Shown here piece after piece: positions 38,383-47,985 of a stretch of DNA of 64,000 nt; within the stretch, counting starts at the first letter, position 1, and every line of letters starts with the position of its first letter. The stretch is from positions 9,919-73,918 of the forward strand of contig NZ_CANKYH010000011.1 in NCBI RefSeq assembly GCF_947487915.1, given 5' to 3'. The position numbers were made by a program, and so were the translations under genes. The notes under the pieces were generated by a model, which was not told the DNA's origin, searched no databases, and was given only the letters and a program-made list of their open reading frames with translations. The DNA comes from an uncultured Serinicoccus sp. GTDB lineage: Bacteria > Actinomycetota > Actinomycetes > Actinomycetales > Dermatophilaceae.

Positions 38383-40908
38383 TCAGCCGGCCTGCTCCTC
38401 CACCGGCACCGTGTCGGGCACCTCTGCGGGCTTCTCCTGGCCGCGGAAGGTGAAGACCTTGTCGCGGTTCTTGTCGTTGCCCACGGGGTCCTCGACGTCG
38501 ACGATCACGATCTGACCGGTGCCGATCTCGCCGAAGAGGATCTTCTCCGAGAGCTGGTCCTCGACCTCGCGCTGGATCGCCCGGCGCAACGGCCGTGCAC
38601 CCAGCACCGGGTCGTAGCCGCGCTTGGCGAGCAGTTCCTTGGCGGACGAGGTCAGCTCGATGGCCATGTCCTTGTCCTTGAGCCGCTCGTCGAGGCGGGC
38701 GATCATCAGGTCGACGATCGCGACGATCTCCTCCTGGCTGAGCTGCGGGAAGACGATGGTGTCGTCCACCCGGTTGAGGAACTCGGGACGGAAGTGCTGC
38801 TTGAGCTCGTCCGTGACCTTGTTCTTCATCCGCTCGTAGGAGCTCTGGGTGTCCGGCCCGGCGGAGAAGCCGAGCGAGACGCCCTTGGCGATGTCGCGGG
38901 TGCCGAGGTTCGTCGTCATGATGATGACGGTGTTCTTGAAGTCGACCACCCGGCCCTGGGAGTCGGTCAGACGACCGTCCTCCAGGATCTGCAGCAGGCT
39001 GTTGAAGATGTCCGGGTGGGCCTTCTCGATCTCGTCGAAGAGGACGACCGAGAACGGCTTGCGCCGCACCTTCTCGGTGAGCTGGCCACCCTCTTCATAC
39101 CCGACGTAGCCAGGGGGCGAACCGAACATCCGCGAGACGGTGTGCTTCTCGGAGTACTCCGACATGTCCAGCGTGATGAGGCTGTCCTCATCACCGAAGA
39201 GGAACTCGGCCAGCGCCTTGGCCAGCTCGGTCTTGCCGACCCCCGTGGGCCCGGCGAAGATGAACGAGCCACCGGGACGACGCGGGTCCTTCAGGCCGGC
39301 CCTCGTGCGCCGGATCGCCTGGGACAGGCCCTTGATCGCGTCGTCCATGCCGATGATCCGCTTGTGCAGCTCCTGCTCCATGTTGAGCAGGCGCGAGGAC
39401 TCCTCCTCGCTCAGCTTGAAGACCGGGATACCGGTGGCAGCGGCGAGGACCTCGGCGACCAGCTCCTCGTCGACCTCGGCGACGACGTCCATGTCACCGT
39501 TCTTCCACTCCTTCTCCCGCTCGGCGCGCGCCTGCGTGAGCTTGTGCTCCTCGTCGCGCAGCCGGGCCGCCTTCTCGAAGTCCTGGCCGTCGATGGCCGA
39601 CTCCTTCTCGCGCTTGGCGTGCGCGATCTTGTCGTCGAACTCGCGCAGGTCCGGCGGCGCGGTCATCCGGCGGATCCGCAACCGCGCCCCGGCCTCGTCG
39701 ATCAGGTCGATCGCCTTGTCCGGCAGGAAGCGGTCGTTGATGTAGCGGTCGGCCATCGTGGCGGCCCCCACGAGGGCGCCGTCGGTGATGGTCACCCGGT
39801 GGTGTGCCTCGTAGCGGTCGCGCAGCCCCTTGAGGATCTCGATGGCGTGCTTGAGCGTCGGCTCGGCGACCTGGATGGGCTGGAAGCGGCGCTCGAGAGC
39901 GGCGTCCTTCTCGATGTGCTTGCGGTACTCGTCCAGCGTCGTGGCGCCGATGGTCTGCAGCTCGCCACGGGCCAGCATGGGCTTGAGGATGCTGGCGGCG
40001 TCGATGGCTCCCTCGGCGGCACCCGCCCCGACGAGGGTGTGGATCTCGTCGATGAACAGGATGATGTCGCCGCGGGTGCGGATCTCCTTGAGGACCTTCT
40101 TGAGCCGCTCCTCGAAGTCTCCGCGGTAGCGCGAGCCCGCGACCAGCGCGCCGAGGTCGAGGGTGTAGAGCTGCTTCTCCTTGAGCGTCTCCGGCACGTC
40201 GCCGCGGACGATGTCCTGGGCCAGGCCCTCGACGACGGCGGTCTTGCCGACGCCGGGCTCGCCGATGAGGACCGGGTTGTTCTTGGTCCGGCGGGAGAGG
40301 ACCTGCATGACCCGCTCGATCTCGGTCTCCCGGCCGATGACCGGGTCGAGCTTGCCCTCCCGCGCGGCCTGGGTGAGGTTGCGGCCGAACTGGTCGAGCA
40401 CCAGGGAGCCGGACTGCTGGCCCTCCTGCTGGCTCCCGGCGCCGACGCCCGCCGTGGCGGACTCCTTGCCCTGGTAGCCGGAGAGCAGGGTGATGACCTG
40501 CTGACGGACCCGGTTCAGGTCGGCGCCCAGCTTGACCAGCACCTGGGCGGCGACGCCCTCGCCCTCGCGGATGAGGCCGAGCAGCAGGTGCTCGGTACCG
40601 ATGTAGTTGTGCCCCAGCTGCAGCCCCTCGCGGAGCGAGAGCTCCAGGACCTTCTTGGCGCGGGGCGTGAACGGGATGTGGCCGGTGGGGCTCTGCTGGC
40701 CCTGGCCGATGATCTCCTGCACCTGCTGGCGCACGGCGTCCAGCGAGATGTCCAGCGACTCCAGCGCCTTGGCGGCTACGCCCTCACCCTCGTGGATCAG
40801 GCCCAGCAGCAGGTGCTCGGTGCCGATGTAGTTGTGGTTGAGCATGCGCGCCTCTTCCTGCGCGAGCACCACCACACGTCGAGCCCGGTCGGTGAACCGT
40901 TCGAACAT
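38383..40908 (-). CDS. clpC: ATP-dependent Clp protease ATP-binding subunit ClpC1
   Basis: [29 protein letters not shown] and GPTGVGKT Walker A motifs. Confidence 0.98.
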   Translation of the reverse strand: MFERFTDRARRVVVLAQEEARMLNHNYIGTEHLLLGLIHEGEGVAAKALESLDISLDAVRQQVQEIIGQGQQSPTGHIPFTPRAKKVLELSLREGLQLGHNYIGTEHLLLGLIREGEGVAAQVLVKLGADLNRVRQQVITLLSGYQGKESATAGVGAGSQQEGQQSGSLVLDQFGRNLTQAAREGKLDPVIGRETEIERVMQVLSRRTKNNPVLIGEPGVGKTAVVEGLAQDIVRGDVPETLKEKQLYTLDLGALVAGSRYRGDFEERLKKVLKEIRTRGDIILFIDEIHTLVGAGAAEGAIDAASILKPMLARGELQTIGATTLDEYRKHIEKDAALERRFQPIQVAEPTLKHAIEILKGLRDRYEAHHRVTITDGALVGAATMADRYINDRFLPDKAIDLIDEAGARLRIRRMTAPPDLREFDDKIAHAKREKESAIDGQDFEKAARLRDEEHKLTQARAEREKEWKNGDMDVVAEVDEELVAEVLAAATGIPVFKLSEEESSRLLNMEQELHKRIIGMDDAIKGLSQAIRRTRAGLKDPRRPGGSFIFAGPTGVGKTELAKALAEFLFGDEDSLITLDMSEYSEKHTVSRMFGSPPGYVGYEEGGQLTEKVRRKPFSVVLFDEIEKAHPDIFNSLLQILEDGRLTDSQGRVVDFKNTVIIMTTNLGTRDIAKGVSLGFSAGPDTQSSYERMKNKVTDELKQHFRPEFLNRVDDTIVFPQLSQEEIVAIVDLMIARLDERLKDKDMAIELTSSAKELLAKRGYDPVLGARPLRRAIQREVEDQLSEKILFGEIGTGQIVIVDVEDPVGNDKNRDKVFTFRGQEKPAEVPDTVPVEEQAG

Positions 40909-41043
40909 GCTCTTCTCCTCCACTGTGGGCTACCACCCACTGTACGTGCGTCTGGTCGGTGTCAACGTCCTCGTCCACCACCGATGTTCCGTGTTCGCCC
41001 CCGGCGCAATGGCCCGGGGTGCGCCCCTCTTCAGGTGCCCGAC

Positions 41044-41123
41044 GACGGGCACGACGCGGCATACCGGGCGTGACATGCACGACGGGAGCCCGTGCCGCCC
41101 GTCCGACGGCACGCGGGTATGCC
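41044..41123. repeat. Left copy of palindromic direct repeat flanking the DUF559 gene
   Basis: GACGGGCACGACGCGGCATACCGGGCG...GAGCCCGTGCCGCCCGTCCGACGGCACGCGGGTATGCC; abuts the gene stop codon. Confidence 0.85.
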
Positions 41124-42035
41124 TCAGCGCAGCCGCCCCGGCATGCGCGGCGGGGCGGGTACGGGGTGGCCGTCCCGGGCGCGGACCCACGAGCGGATCG
41201 CCCACCGGACGAAGTCGGGCTGCAGCATGACGTCCTCCCAGGAGAAGCGCAGCACCGTCCAGCCGAACACGACCATCTCGGTGTAGCGGCGGACGTCCTT
41301 GCGGAACCCCCTCCTCGTGGCGTGGAACTCGTGGCTGTCCGCCTCGATGACCAGCCGGCGCGAGGTGTCGACCAGGTCGGCCTGCGCCCACAGTCCGTGC
41401 GCGACCACCTGGTGCTGGCAGACGACGTCGAGTCCTTCCTCCAGGCAGATCGCTCGCAAGACCGACTCGAAGGGGTTGGCGGCACGTCCGTCGGCGAGCA
41501 GGGCCACCCGCCGCAGCTGCCGTGTGCCTGCACCCCTGGCAACGCGCGCGGCCTCGAGCAGCCGGCTGCGGTCGACCTGCCCGGACCGCAGCGCCGAGTC
41601 AGCCACCGCGAGCGCCTCGTCGAAGGGCAGGTCCCGCCCGCAGTCGAGGGCGGTCCGCAGGGGCGTCGTCACCCCGTCCTCCGCGTCGGCGTCTCCCAGG
41701 TGACGCCACCGCACCAGGGCCTCACGCTGGTCCTCCGCGGAGACGTTGCGGTTGCGCGGCACGACCACCTCGGGCCACTCCGGGTCCTGCTTGACCGGCC
41801 ATCCGCGCTGCACGCACGCGGAGCGGTGGGAGAGCACGGCGCTCATCCGGTGGGCGATCGCGGCGTGGGTCTGCAGGGAGGACAGCCGGTAGCGGCCGCG
41901 CCGGGCCCGCACCAGCCGTCCCTCCTGCACGGCAGCCCCGACGTCCCGCGCCCGCGCGCCCGCGCCGCGCAGCTGTCGTGTCGTGGCGCAGCCCCCGAGC
42001 TGGGCGATGACGGCGACGGGGTCGGGTCCGGACAT
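41124..42035 (-). CDS. AbiEi-like HTH plus DUF559 (Vsr-like) endonuclease-domain protein
   Basis: N-terminal GGCATTRQL...GRLVRARRGRY; middle TTPLRTALD, GRAANPFESVLR; C-terminal ADLVD...LVIEADSHEFH, GWTVLRFSWEDV; CAGGCT-N6-ATG. Confidence 0.88.
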   Translation of the reverse strand: MSGPDPVAVIAQLGGCATTRQLRGAGARARDVGAAVQEGRLVRARRGRYRLSSLQTHAAIAHRMSAVLSHRSACVQRGWPVKQDPEWPEVVVPRNRNVSAEDQREALVRWRHLGDADAEDGVTTPLRTALDCGRDLPFDEALAVADSALRSGQVDRSRLLEAARVARGAGTRQLRRVALLADGRAANPFESVLRAICLEEGLDVVCQHQVVAHGLWAQADLVDTSRRLVIEADSHEFHATRRGFRKDVRRYTEMVVFGWTVLRFSWEDVMLQPDFVRWAIRSWVRARDGHPVPAPPRMPGRLR

Positions 42036-42161
42036 ACCTGCAGCCTGCCGCGCCAGGCCACCCGTCCGTCGAGACTGTCCACAGGCCGCTGCGACCCTCC
42101 GCTCCGGGCGGTGCCCGCCCCGGGGAGCGCACCGCGACCGGCGACGTGGGTGGTGGCGCGA

Positions 42162-42262
42162 GACGGGCACGACGCGTGCATACCGGGCGCATCGTGCGGG
42201 ACGTGAGCCCGTGCCGCCCGTCCGACGGGCCGTGCCGCCCGTCCGGCGGCACGAGGTATGCC
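42162..42262. repeat. Right copy of palindromic direct repeat flanking the DUF559 gene
   Basis: GACGGGCACGACGCGTGCATACCGGGCG...GAGCCCGTGCCGCCCGTCCGACGGGCCGTGCCGCCCGTCCGGCGGCACGAGGTATGCC, with an internal ~20-bp duplication. Confidence 0.85.
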
Positions 42263-42273
42263 TGTGCCGCCGG

Positions 42274-43248
42274 TCAGCCCGCCTTCTTGGACCTCGTGCC
42301 CGACGACTTCGTGCCCGACGACTTCGTGGACGCCTTCTTCGAGGTCGACGAGGACGTGCCTGCCGAGGACTTCTTCGTCGAGGAGGACGAGCCTCCGGAG
42401 GACTTCTTCGCCGAGGACGTGCCCCCCGACCCGCTGCCACCCCCGGAGCTCTCGCCCCGGCCCGTCTTGGCCCGGTCCACCGAGCGCTGCAGCGCGGCCA
42501 GCAGGTCGACCACCTCCCCGCTGTCGGCCTCGTCCTCCTCGTCCGGGCTCTCGGTGACCTCTCCGCCGCTGATCTTCTTCTCCACCAGCGCGTCGACGGC
42601 CTCCTTGAAGTCGTCGACGTGCCCCTCAGGCTCGAAGTCGCCGGACATCGAGTCCACGAGCATCCGCGCCATCGCGACCTCGTCCTTCTTGGGCTCGCTC
42701 ACCTCGTCGAGGTGGTCGAGCTGCTCGGAGGTCCGGATCTCGTCGGGCCAGAGCAGGGTCTGCAGGACGATCGCGGCGTCGTCCTCCCGCACCCGCAGCA
42801 CCGCCATCGTCATCCGGCTGCGGACCGAGACGGTGACCACGGCGACGCGGTCGGACTCGCGCAGCGCCTCGCGCAGCAGCCCGTAGGCCTTGGCCCCCAT
42901 GGCGTCGGGCTCGAGGTAGTAGGCCTTGTCGTAGAGGATCGGGTCGATCTGCTCGCGCGGCACGAACTGCTCGACCGATATCTCCTTGCTGCTGCGGTTG
43001 GGCAGGCTCGCGAGGTCCTCGTCGGTGAGCACGACCGTCTTGCCGTCGTCGGTCTCGTAGGCCTTGGCGATGTCCTTGTAGGCCACCTCCTCGCCGTCGG
43101 CCTGCGCCACCCGCTTGTAGCGGATGCGGCTGCCGTCGCTGCGGCGGACCTGGTGGAAGCTCAGGTCGTGGTTCTCGGTGGCGGAGTACAACCGCACGGG
43201 TACGTTGACCAGCCCGAACGAGACGGCACCCTTCCAGATCGCTCTCAC
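42274..43248 (-). CDS. ku: NHEJ DNA end-binding protein Ku
   Basis: RAIWKGAVSFGLVNVPVRLYSATE, YDKAYYLEP, VVDLLAALQRSV; S/K-rich tail. Confidence 0.97.
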   Translation of the reverse strand: MRAIWKGAVSFGLVNVPVRLYSATENHDLSFHQVRRSDGSRIRYKRVAQADGEEVAYKDIAKAYETDDGKTVVLTDEDLASLPNRSSKEISVEQFVPREQIDPILYDKAYYLEPDAMGAKAYGLLREALRESDRVAVVTVSVRSRMTMAVLRVREDDAAIVLQTLLWPDEIRTSEQLDHLDEVSEPKKDEVAMARMLVDSMSGDFEPEGHVDDFKEAVDALVEKKISGGEVTESPDEEDEADSGEVVDLLAALQRSVDRAKTGRGESSGGGSGSGGTSSAKKSSGGSSSSTKKSSAGTSSSTSKKASTKSSGTKSSGTRSKKAG

Positions 43249-43266
43249 GCACCCCAGGATGGACCC

Positions 43267-44262
43267 ATGCGCCCCATGCTCGCCACCCCGGGAGGGGTCC
43301 CGGCCCTCCCCCCGACGGGCCCGGGGTGGGTGCACGAGATCAAGTGGGACGGGATCCGGCTGCTGGCCGACGTCACCGGGGGCCGGCTGCGGCTGCTGAC
43401 CCGGGGCGAGCGCGACATCGCGCACGCCTTCCCCGAGCTCGCCGGTCTGGGTGGGGTCGCGGAGGACCTGCTGCTGGACGGCGAGGCGGTCTGCCTGGTC
43501 GAGGGCCGTCCCTCCTTCAGCCACGTCGTCGAGCGGGTCCACGTGGGCCGAGGTGCCGCCGCGGAGCGCCTGGCCGCCGCCCGCCCCGCCACCTACGTCG
43601 CCTTCGACCTGCTGCGTCTGGACGGGCTCGACCTCACCGCACTCCCCTGGTCGGCGCGCCGGGAGGCGCTGGAGCAGATCGTGGAGGACGTGCCGGGCAT
43701 CCAGCTCTCCCCCGTCTACGACGACGGCGCGATGCTGCTCGCCGCCACCCGCGAGCAGCACCTCGAGGGGGTGGTGAGCAAGCGTCGGGACGCGGCATAC
43801 CAACCGGGGAGGCGCAGCGCCGTCTGGGTGAAGTTCCCGCACCGCGAACGGGTGTCGGTGGTCGTCGGCGGGTGGCGGCCCGAGACCGACCGCCCGGGCC
43901 GCATCGGCGCGGTGCACGTCGGCCTGCCGCTGCGCGGCCCCGACGGTATGCCGCAGCTCGCCGCGGACGGGTCGTTGCGGCTGCGGTACCGCGGCCGGGT
44001 CGGCAGCGGGCTGGCCGGGCGCGCCGGTGAGCACCTCCAGCGGCTCCTGGCCGGGGTGCCTGCCGGGGACTACCCCTTCGACGCCCCGATCCCGCCCGTC
44101 GAGGCGCGCGGCTCCACCTGGCTGCGACCACAGGTGGTCGTCGACGTCGCCGCGCTGGGCGCCGACGGCACGGCCGGCCGGCTGCGACAGCCGTCGTTCC
44201 AGGGCGTCCGCCCCGATCTGGCAGCGGCCGACCTGGCCGGGCCCGCCGAGGAGGCCCCATGA
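43267..44262 (+). CDS. ATP-dependent DNA ligase (LigD ligase domain)
   Basis: MRPMLAT, HEIKWDG (KxDG), LDGE, YVAFD, EGVVSK, YRGRVGSG. Confidence 0.92.
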   Translation: MRPMLATPGGVPALPPTGPGWVHEIKWDGIRLLADVTGGRLRLLTRGERDIAHAFPELAGLGGVAEDLLLDGEAVCLVEGRPSFSHVVERVHVGRGAAAERLAAARPATYVAFDLLRLDGLDLTALPWSARREALEQIVEDVPGIQLSPVYDDGAMLLAATREQHLEGVVSKRRDAAYQPGRRSAVWVKFPHRERVSVVVGGWRPETDRPGRIGAVHVGLPLRGPDGMPQLAADGSLRLRYRGRVGSGLAGRAGEHLQRLLAGVPAGDYPFDAPIPPVEARGSTWLRPQVVVDVAALGADGTAGRLRQPSFQGVRPDLAAADLAGPAEEAP

Positions 44263-45107
44263 GCAGCCAGCAGGTGAGCGTGGCCGGGCGCACCCTGCGG
44301 GTGAGCAACCTGGACAAGGTCCTCTACCCCGCCACCGGGACCACCAAGGGGGAGGTGCTCACCTACTACGTCACCCACGCCGAGCAGATCCTGCCTGAGC
44401 TCGCGGACCGGCCGGTGACCCGCATCCGGTGGCCGGAGGGGGTGACCGGGGCGCACTTCTTCGAGAAGAACCTGCCCTCCGGGGCGCCGGACTGGCTGCC
44501 CCGGGTGACCCTGCCGACACCCGGGTCCTCCCGGGGCCACACCCACCTCACCTTCCCCCTGGTGACCGATCTGGCCGTGCTGGTCTACCTCGTCAACCTC
44601 GGCAGCCTGGAGCTGCACGTCCCCCAGTGGCGGGTCGACGACGACGGTGCCGCGCTGCCGCCGGACCGGCTCGTGGTCGACCTGGACCCCGGGCCCGGCG
44701 CCGGCCTGCAGGAGTGCTCCCGGGTGGCCCTCCTCGTCCGGGAGCGCCTGGAGGCCGTGGGCCTGGAGTCGCGGCCGGTGACGAGCGGGTCCAAAGGCAT
44801 GCAGCTGTATGCCGGGCTCGAGGGCACCCGTGGTGCCGACGAGGTGAGCGCCGTCACCAAGGCCCTCGCCGAAAAGCTAGCCGAGGACCATCCGGACCTC
44901 GTGACCGCACGCATGAGCAAATCTCTGCGCTCACACAAGGTCTTTCTGGACTGGAGCCAGAACAATGGCGCCAAGACCACCATCTGCCCGTGGTCGCTGC
45001 GGGCCCGGGAACGACCCCAGGTGGCCCTGCCCCGGGAGTGGGGCGAGGTCGAGGCCGCGGCCTCGGGCGACGCCGATCTCGAGCAGATCACGATGGACCG
45101 GGTCTGA
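44259..45107 (+). CDS. LigD primase-polymerase domain protein
   Basis: SNLDKVLYP, FFEKN, DRLVVDLDPG, TSGSKGMQLY, FLDWSQN; ATGA overlap. Confidence 0.93.
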   Translation: MSSQQVSVAGRTLRVSNLDKVLYPATGTTKGEVLTYYVTHAEQILPELADRPVTRIRWPEGVTGAHFFEKNLPSGAPDWLPRVTLPTPGSSRGHTHLTFPLVTDLAVLVYLVNLGSLELHVPQWRVDDDGAALPPDRLVVDLDPGPGAGLQECSRVALLVRERLEAVGLESRPVTSGSKGMQLYAGLEGTRGADEVSAVTKALAEKLAEDHPDLVTARMSKSLRSHKVFLDWSQNNGAKTTICPWSLRARERPQVALPREWGEVEAAASGDADLEQITMDRV

Positions 45108-45128
45108 GGGCGCAGGGAGTGGGCAGCG

Positions 45129-45170
45129 AGAAAGGGCTGACACCCCCGCACGGGGATGCCAGCCCTTTCT
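45129..45170. terminator. Bidirectional terminator between ligD-pol and lsr2
   Basis: AGAAAGGGCTG...CAGCCCTTTCT inverted repeat with inner CCCC/GGGG stem, between convergent genes. Confidence 0.8.
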
Positions 45171-45186
45171 GCAGGCCTCGAAGAGG

Positions 45187-45522
45187 TCAGTGGGCCGCCG
45201 CGTAGGCGTCCTGGAGCTCCTGCGAGACGCGGCCACGGGCGCTGACCTTGTAGCCGTTCTCCCGGCCCCACTCACGGACCTTCGCGAGCTCGTCGCTGCG
45301 ACCTCCGGCCGCCGCGGTGGTGCCGCGCCGCCGGGTCTGGCGACGACCGCCGGCCCGACGGGCCTGACCGATCCACGTCGCGAAGTCCTCACGTAGCTTC
45401 GCGGCGTTCTCGTCGCTGAGGTCGATCTCGTAGTGAACCCCGTCCAAGGCGAACTCCACGGTCTGGTTCGCCTCCCCACCACTGAGGTCATCCACCAGGA
45501 TGACCTGCACTCGCTGTGCCAT
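45187..45522 (-). CDS. lsr2: Nucleoid-associated protein Lsr2
   Basis: MAQRVQVILVDDL, YEIDLS, VREWGRENG, SARGRV. Confidence 0.97.
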   Translation of the reverse strand: MAQRVQVILVDDLSGGEANQTVEFALDGVHYEIDLSDENAAKLREDFATWIGQARRAGGRRQTRRRGTTAAAGGRSDELAKVREWGRENGYKVSARGRVSQELQDAYAAAH

Positions 45523-45667
45523 TTCTTCTCCTTTGTGCCGAGCATGCGCCGCTACAGGTTGCGCCGCAGGAGAAGACTAGCGCTATTTCCTCGCCGTGCG
45601 AAAGTCAGCACATTTCATTCGGGAATTCTTGAGAAATCCTGGCAATGCGGTCGCCCGGAGAGGATGC

Positions 45668-45907
45668 TCAGGAGCGGTCGGCAGGGTCGGCGCCCTGCCC
45701 GGGGTCGGTCACCGCACGACCCGGCCCACCTCCGTCGCCCGGGTCCACAGCACGGTCCGCCTCGCGGTCCGCCGCCCGCTGGGCCGCGCGTTCCCGACGG
45801 TCGCCCTCCACCATGTGCTTCATCACGACGTAGAAGAGGTAGAGCAGCCCGGCCGAGGGAAGCAGCGCGGCCAGGATCATCCATCCCTCGTGCAGGATCT
45901 CGCCCAT
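45668..45907 (-). CDS. Small membrane-anchored hypothetical protein coupled to lysS
   Basis: [42 protein letters not shown]; start overlaps lysS stop. Confidence 0.7.
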   Translation of the reverse strand: MGEILHEGWMILAALLPSAGLLYLFYVVMKHMVEGDRRERAAQRAADREADRAVDPGDGGGPGRAVTDPGQGADPADRS

Positions 45908-47409
45908 CAGGCCTCCGGCTTGAGGAAGGGGAAGAGGATGGTCTCGCGCACACCGCTGCCGGTGAGCAGCATGAGCACCCGGTCGAGCCCCATACCGAGG
46001 CCCCCCATCGGCGGGGCGGCGTACTCCAGCGCCCGCAGGAAGTCCTCGTCCAGCTGCATGGCGTCGGCGTCCCCACCGGCCGCCAGGAGGGACTGCTCGG
46101 TGAGCCGGGCCCGCTGGATCTCGGGGTCGACCAGCTCGGAGAAGGCGGTGCCCCGCTCGATCCCGCCGATGATGAGGTCCCAGGCCTCGACCAGCCCGGG
46201 CCGGTCGCGGTGCGGACGGGCCAGCGGCTGGGCGATCGCCGGGTAGTCGCAGACGAAGGTCGGCTGGACGAGGGTCGGTTCGACGACGTCGCCGAAGATC
46301 TCCAGGGCGATCTTGTCCGCGCCCCAGCCGGGCTGGACCGGCACCTCGTGGACGGCCGCCAGCCGCCGCAGGTCGTCGACCGGCGTCTCGACGTCGACCC
46401 GCTCCCCCATCGCCGCGGACAGACCGTCGTAGAAGGACAGCCACGCCCACTCGGCGTCCAGGTCGATGGTCCCGGCCGCGCTCTCCACCTGCCGGCTCCC
46501 GATCTCGTCCGCGGCCGCCAGGATCATCCGCCGCATGAGGTCGGCCATGGTGAACTGGTCGCCGTAGGACTGGTAGCACTCCAGCATGGTGAACTCGGGC
46601 GAGTGGGTGGAGTCGATGCCCTCGTTGCGGAAGATGCGCCCGATCTCGTAGACCCGCTCCACCCCGCCGACCACGGCCCGCTTGAGGTGCAGCTCCAGCG
46701 CGATGCGCAACGTCATCGGCAGGTCGAAGGCGTTGAGGTGGGTGTTGAAGGGGCGGGCGTTGGCACCGCCGTGCAGGGCCTGCAGGACCGGCGTCTCGAC
46801 CTCGACGTAGCCGTCGCCCTCGAGCACCCGGCGCACCGCGCGGGTCAGGGCCGCCCGCTTCAGCACCATCTGGCGCGCGTCCTCGCGCACCAGCAGGTCG
46901 ACGTACCGCTGGCGCACGCGCTGCTCCTCGGAGAGCTCCTTGTGCAGCACCGGCAGCGGCCGCAGGGCCTTGGACGCCATGCGCCAGGAGGTGGCCATGA
47001 CCGACAGCTCACCGCGACGCGAGCTGATGACGCGGCCCTCGACGAAGACGTGGTCGCCCAGGTCCACCCACGCCTTCCACCGGTCCAGGGCCTCCTGGCC
47101 GACCTCGGCGAGGGAGAGCATGGCCTGCAGGCGGGTGCCGTCCCCGGACTGCAGCGAGGCGAAGCAGAGCTTCCCGGTGTTGCGGACGAACATCACCCGG
47201 CCGGCGACACCGACCACGTCGTCGGTCTCCTCACCGGTCTCCAGGTGCACCCAGCCCTCGCGGACCTGGGCGAGGGTGTGCGTGACCGGCACCTCGACGG
47301 GGTAGGGGTCCACCCCGGCGTCGAGCATGGCCTGACGCTTGCCCTGGCGGACCGCGATCTGCTCGGGCAGGTCGGTCTCGGGCACGCTCGGTCGGGTCGG
47401 CTCGCTCAC
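45907..47409 (-). CDS. lysS: Lysine-tRNA ligase
   Basis: [41 protein letters not shown]; TACCCT-N6-GTG. Confidence 0.98.
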   Translation of the reverse strand: MSEPTRPSVPETDLPEQIAVRQGKRQAMLDAGVDPYPVEVPVTHTLAQVREGWVHLETGEETDDVVGVAGRVMFVRNTGKLCFASLQSGDGTRLQAMLSLAEVGQEALDRWKAWVDLGDHVFVEGRVISSRRGELSVMATSWRMASKALRPLPVLHKELSEEQRVRQRYVDLLVREDARQMVLKRAALTRAVRRVLEGDGYVEVETPVLQALHGGANARPFNTHLNAFDLPMTLRIALELHLKRAVVGGVERVYEIGRIFRNEGIDSTHSPEFTMLECYQSYGDQFTMADLMRRMILAAADEIGSRQVESAAGTIDLDAEWAWLSFYDGLSAAMGERVDVETPVDDLRRLAAVHEVPVQPGWGADKIALEIFGDVVEPTLVQPTFVCDYPAIAQPLARPHRDRPGLVEAWDLIIGGIERGTAFSELVDPEIQRARLTEQSLLAAGGDADAMQLDEDFLRALEYAAPPMGGLGMGLDRVLMLLTGSGVRETILFPFLKPEA

Positions 47410-47481
47410 CCTTCCAGGGTAGTCGGCGGCGGGCGTGCCCCCCGCACCGCGTCGAGCCGCGACCGCGGTGACGGCCAGCGG

Positions 47482-47985
47482 TCAGACGGGCAGCGTGGGC
47501 GCGGTCCGTGACCGTTCCAGGTCCAGGAGCACCTGCTTGCGCTCGACCCCGCCGCCGTAGCCGGTGATCGAGCCGTCCGCCCCCACCACCCGGTGGCAGG
47601 GCACGACGATGGACAGCGGGTTGCGGCCGTTGGCGAGCCCGACGGCGCGGGAGGCACCGGGGGCCCCCAGAGCGCGGGCGAGCTCGCCGTAGGACCAGGT
47701 CCGGCCGTAGGGGATGGCCCGCAGCTGGGCCCAGACCCGCTGCTGGAAGTCGGTGCCCGGCGCGTCCGTCGGCAGGTCGAACCCGGTGCGGTCACCCGCG
47801 AAGTACTCCTGCAGCTGACGGGCGGTCTCCCGCAGCACCGGCGGCGCCAGGGCCCCGTCGACCGCCTCGCCCAGGTCGTCGGGCGCGTGCCGGTGCTCGA
47901 CGAAGAACACCCCGGTGAGGTGCTCGCCGTCGCTGCGCAGGCGGAGGGGTCCGACCGGGGAGTCGGTCGTGAGGTGGACGGTCAT
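47482..47985 (-). CDS. ogt: Methylated-DNA-protein-cysteine methyltransferase
   Basis: FQQRVW, RAVGLANGRNP, VVPCHRV active site. Confidence 0.96.
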   Translation of the reverse strand: MTVHLTTDSPVGPLRLRSDGEHLTGVFFVEHRHAPDDLGEAVDGALAPPVLRETARQLQEYFAGDRTGFDLPTDAPGTDFQQRVWAQLRAIPYGRTWSYGELARALGAPGASRAVGLANGRNPLSIVVPCHRVVGADGSITGYGGGVERKQVLLDLERSRTAPTLPV

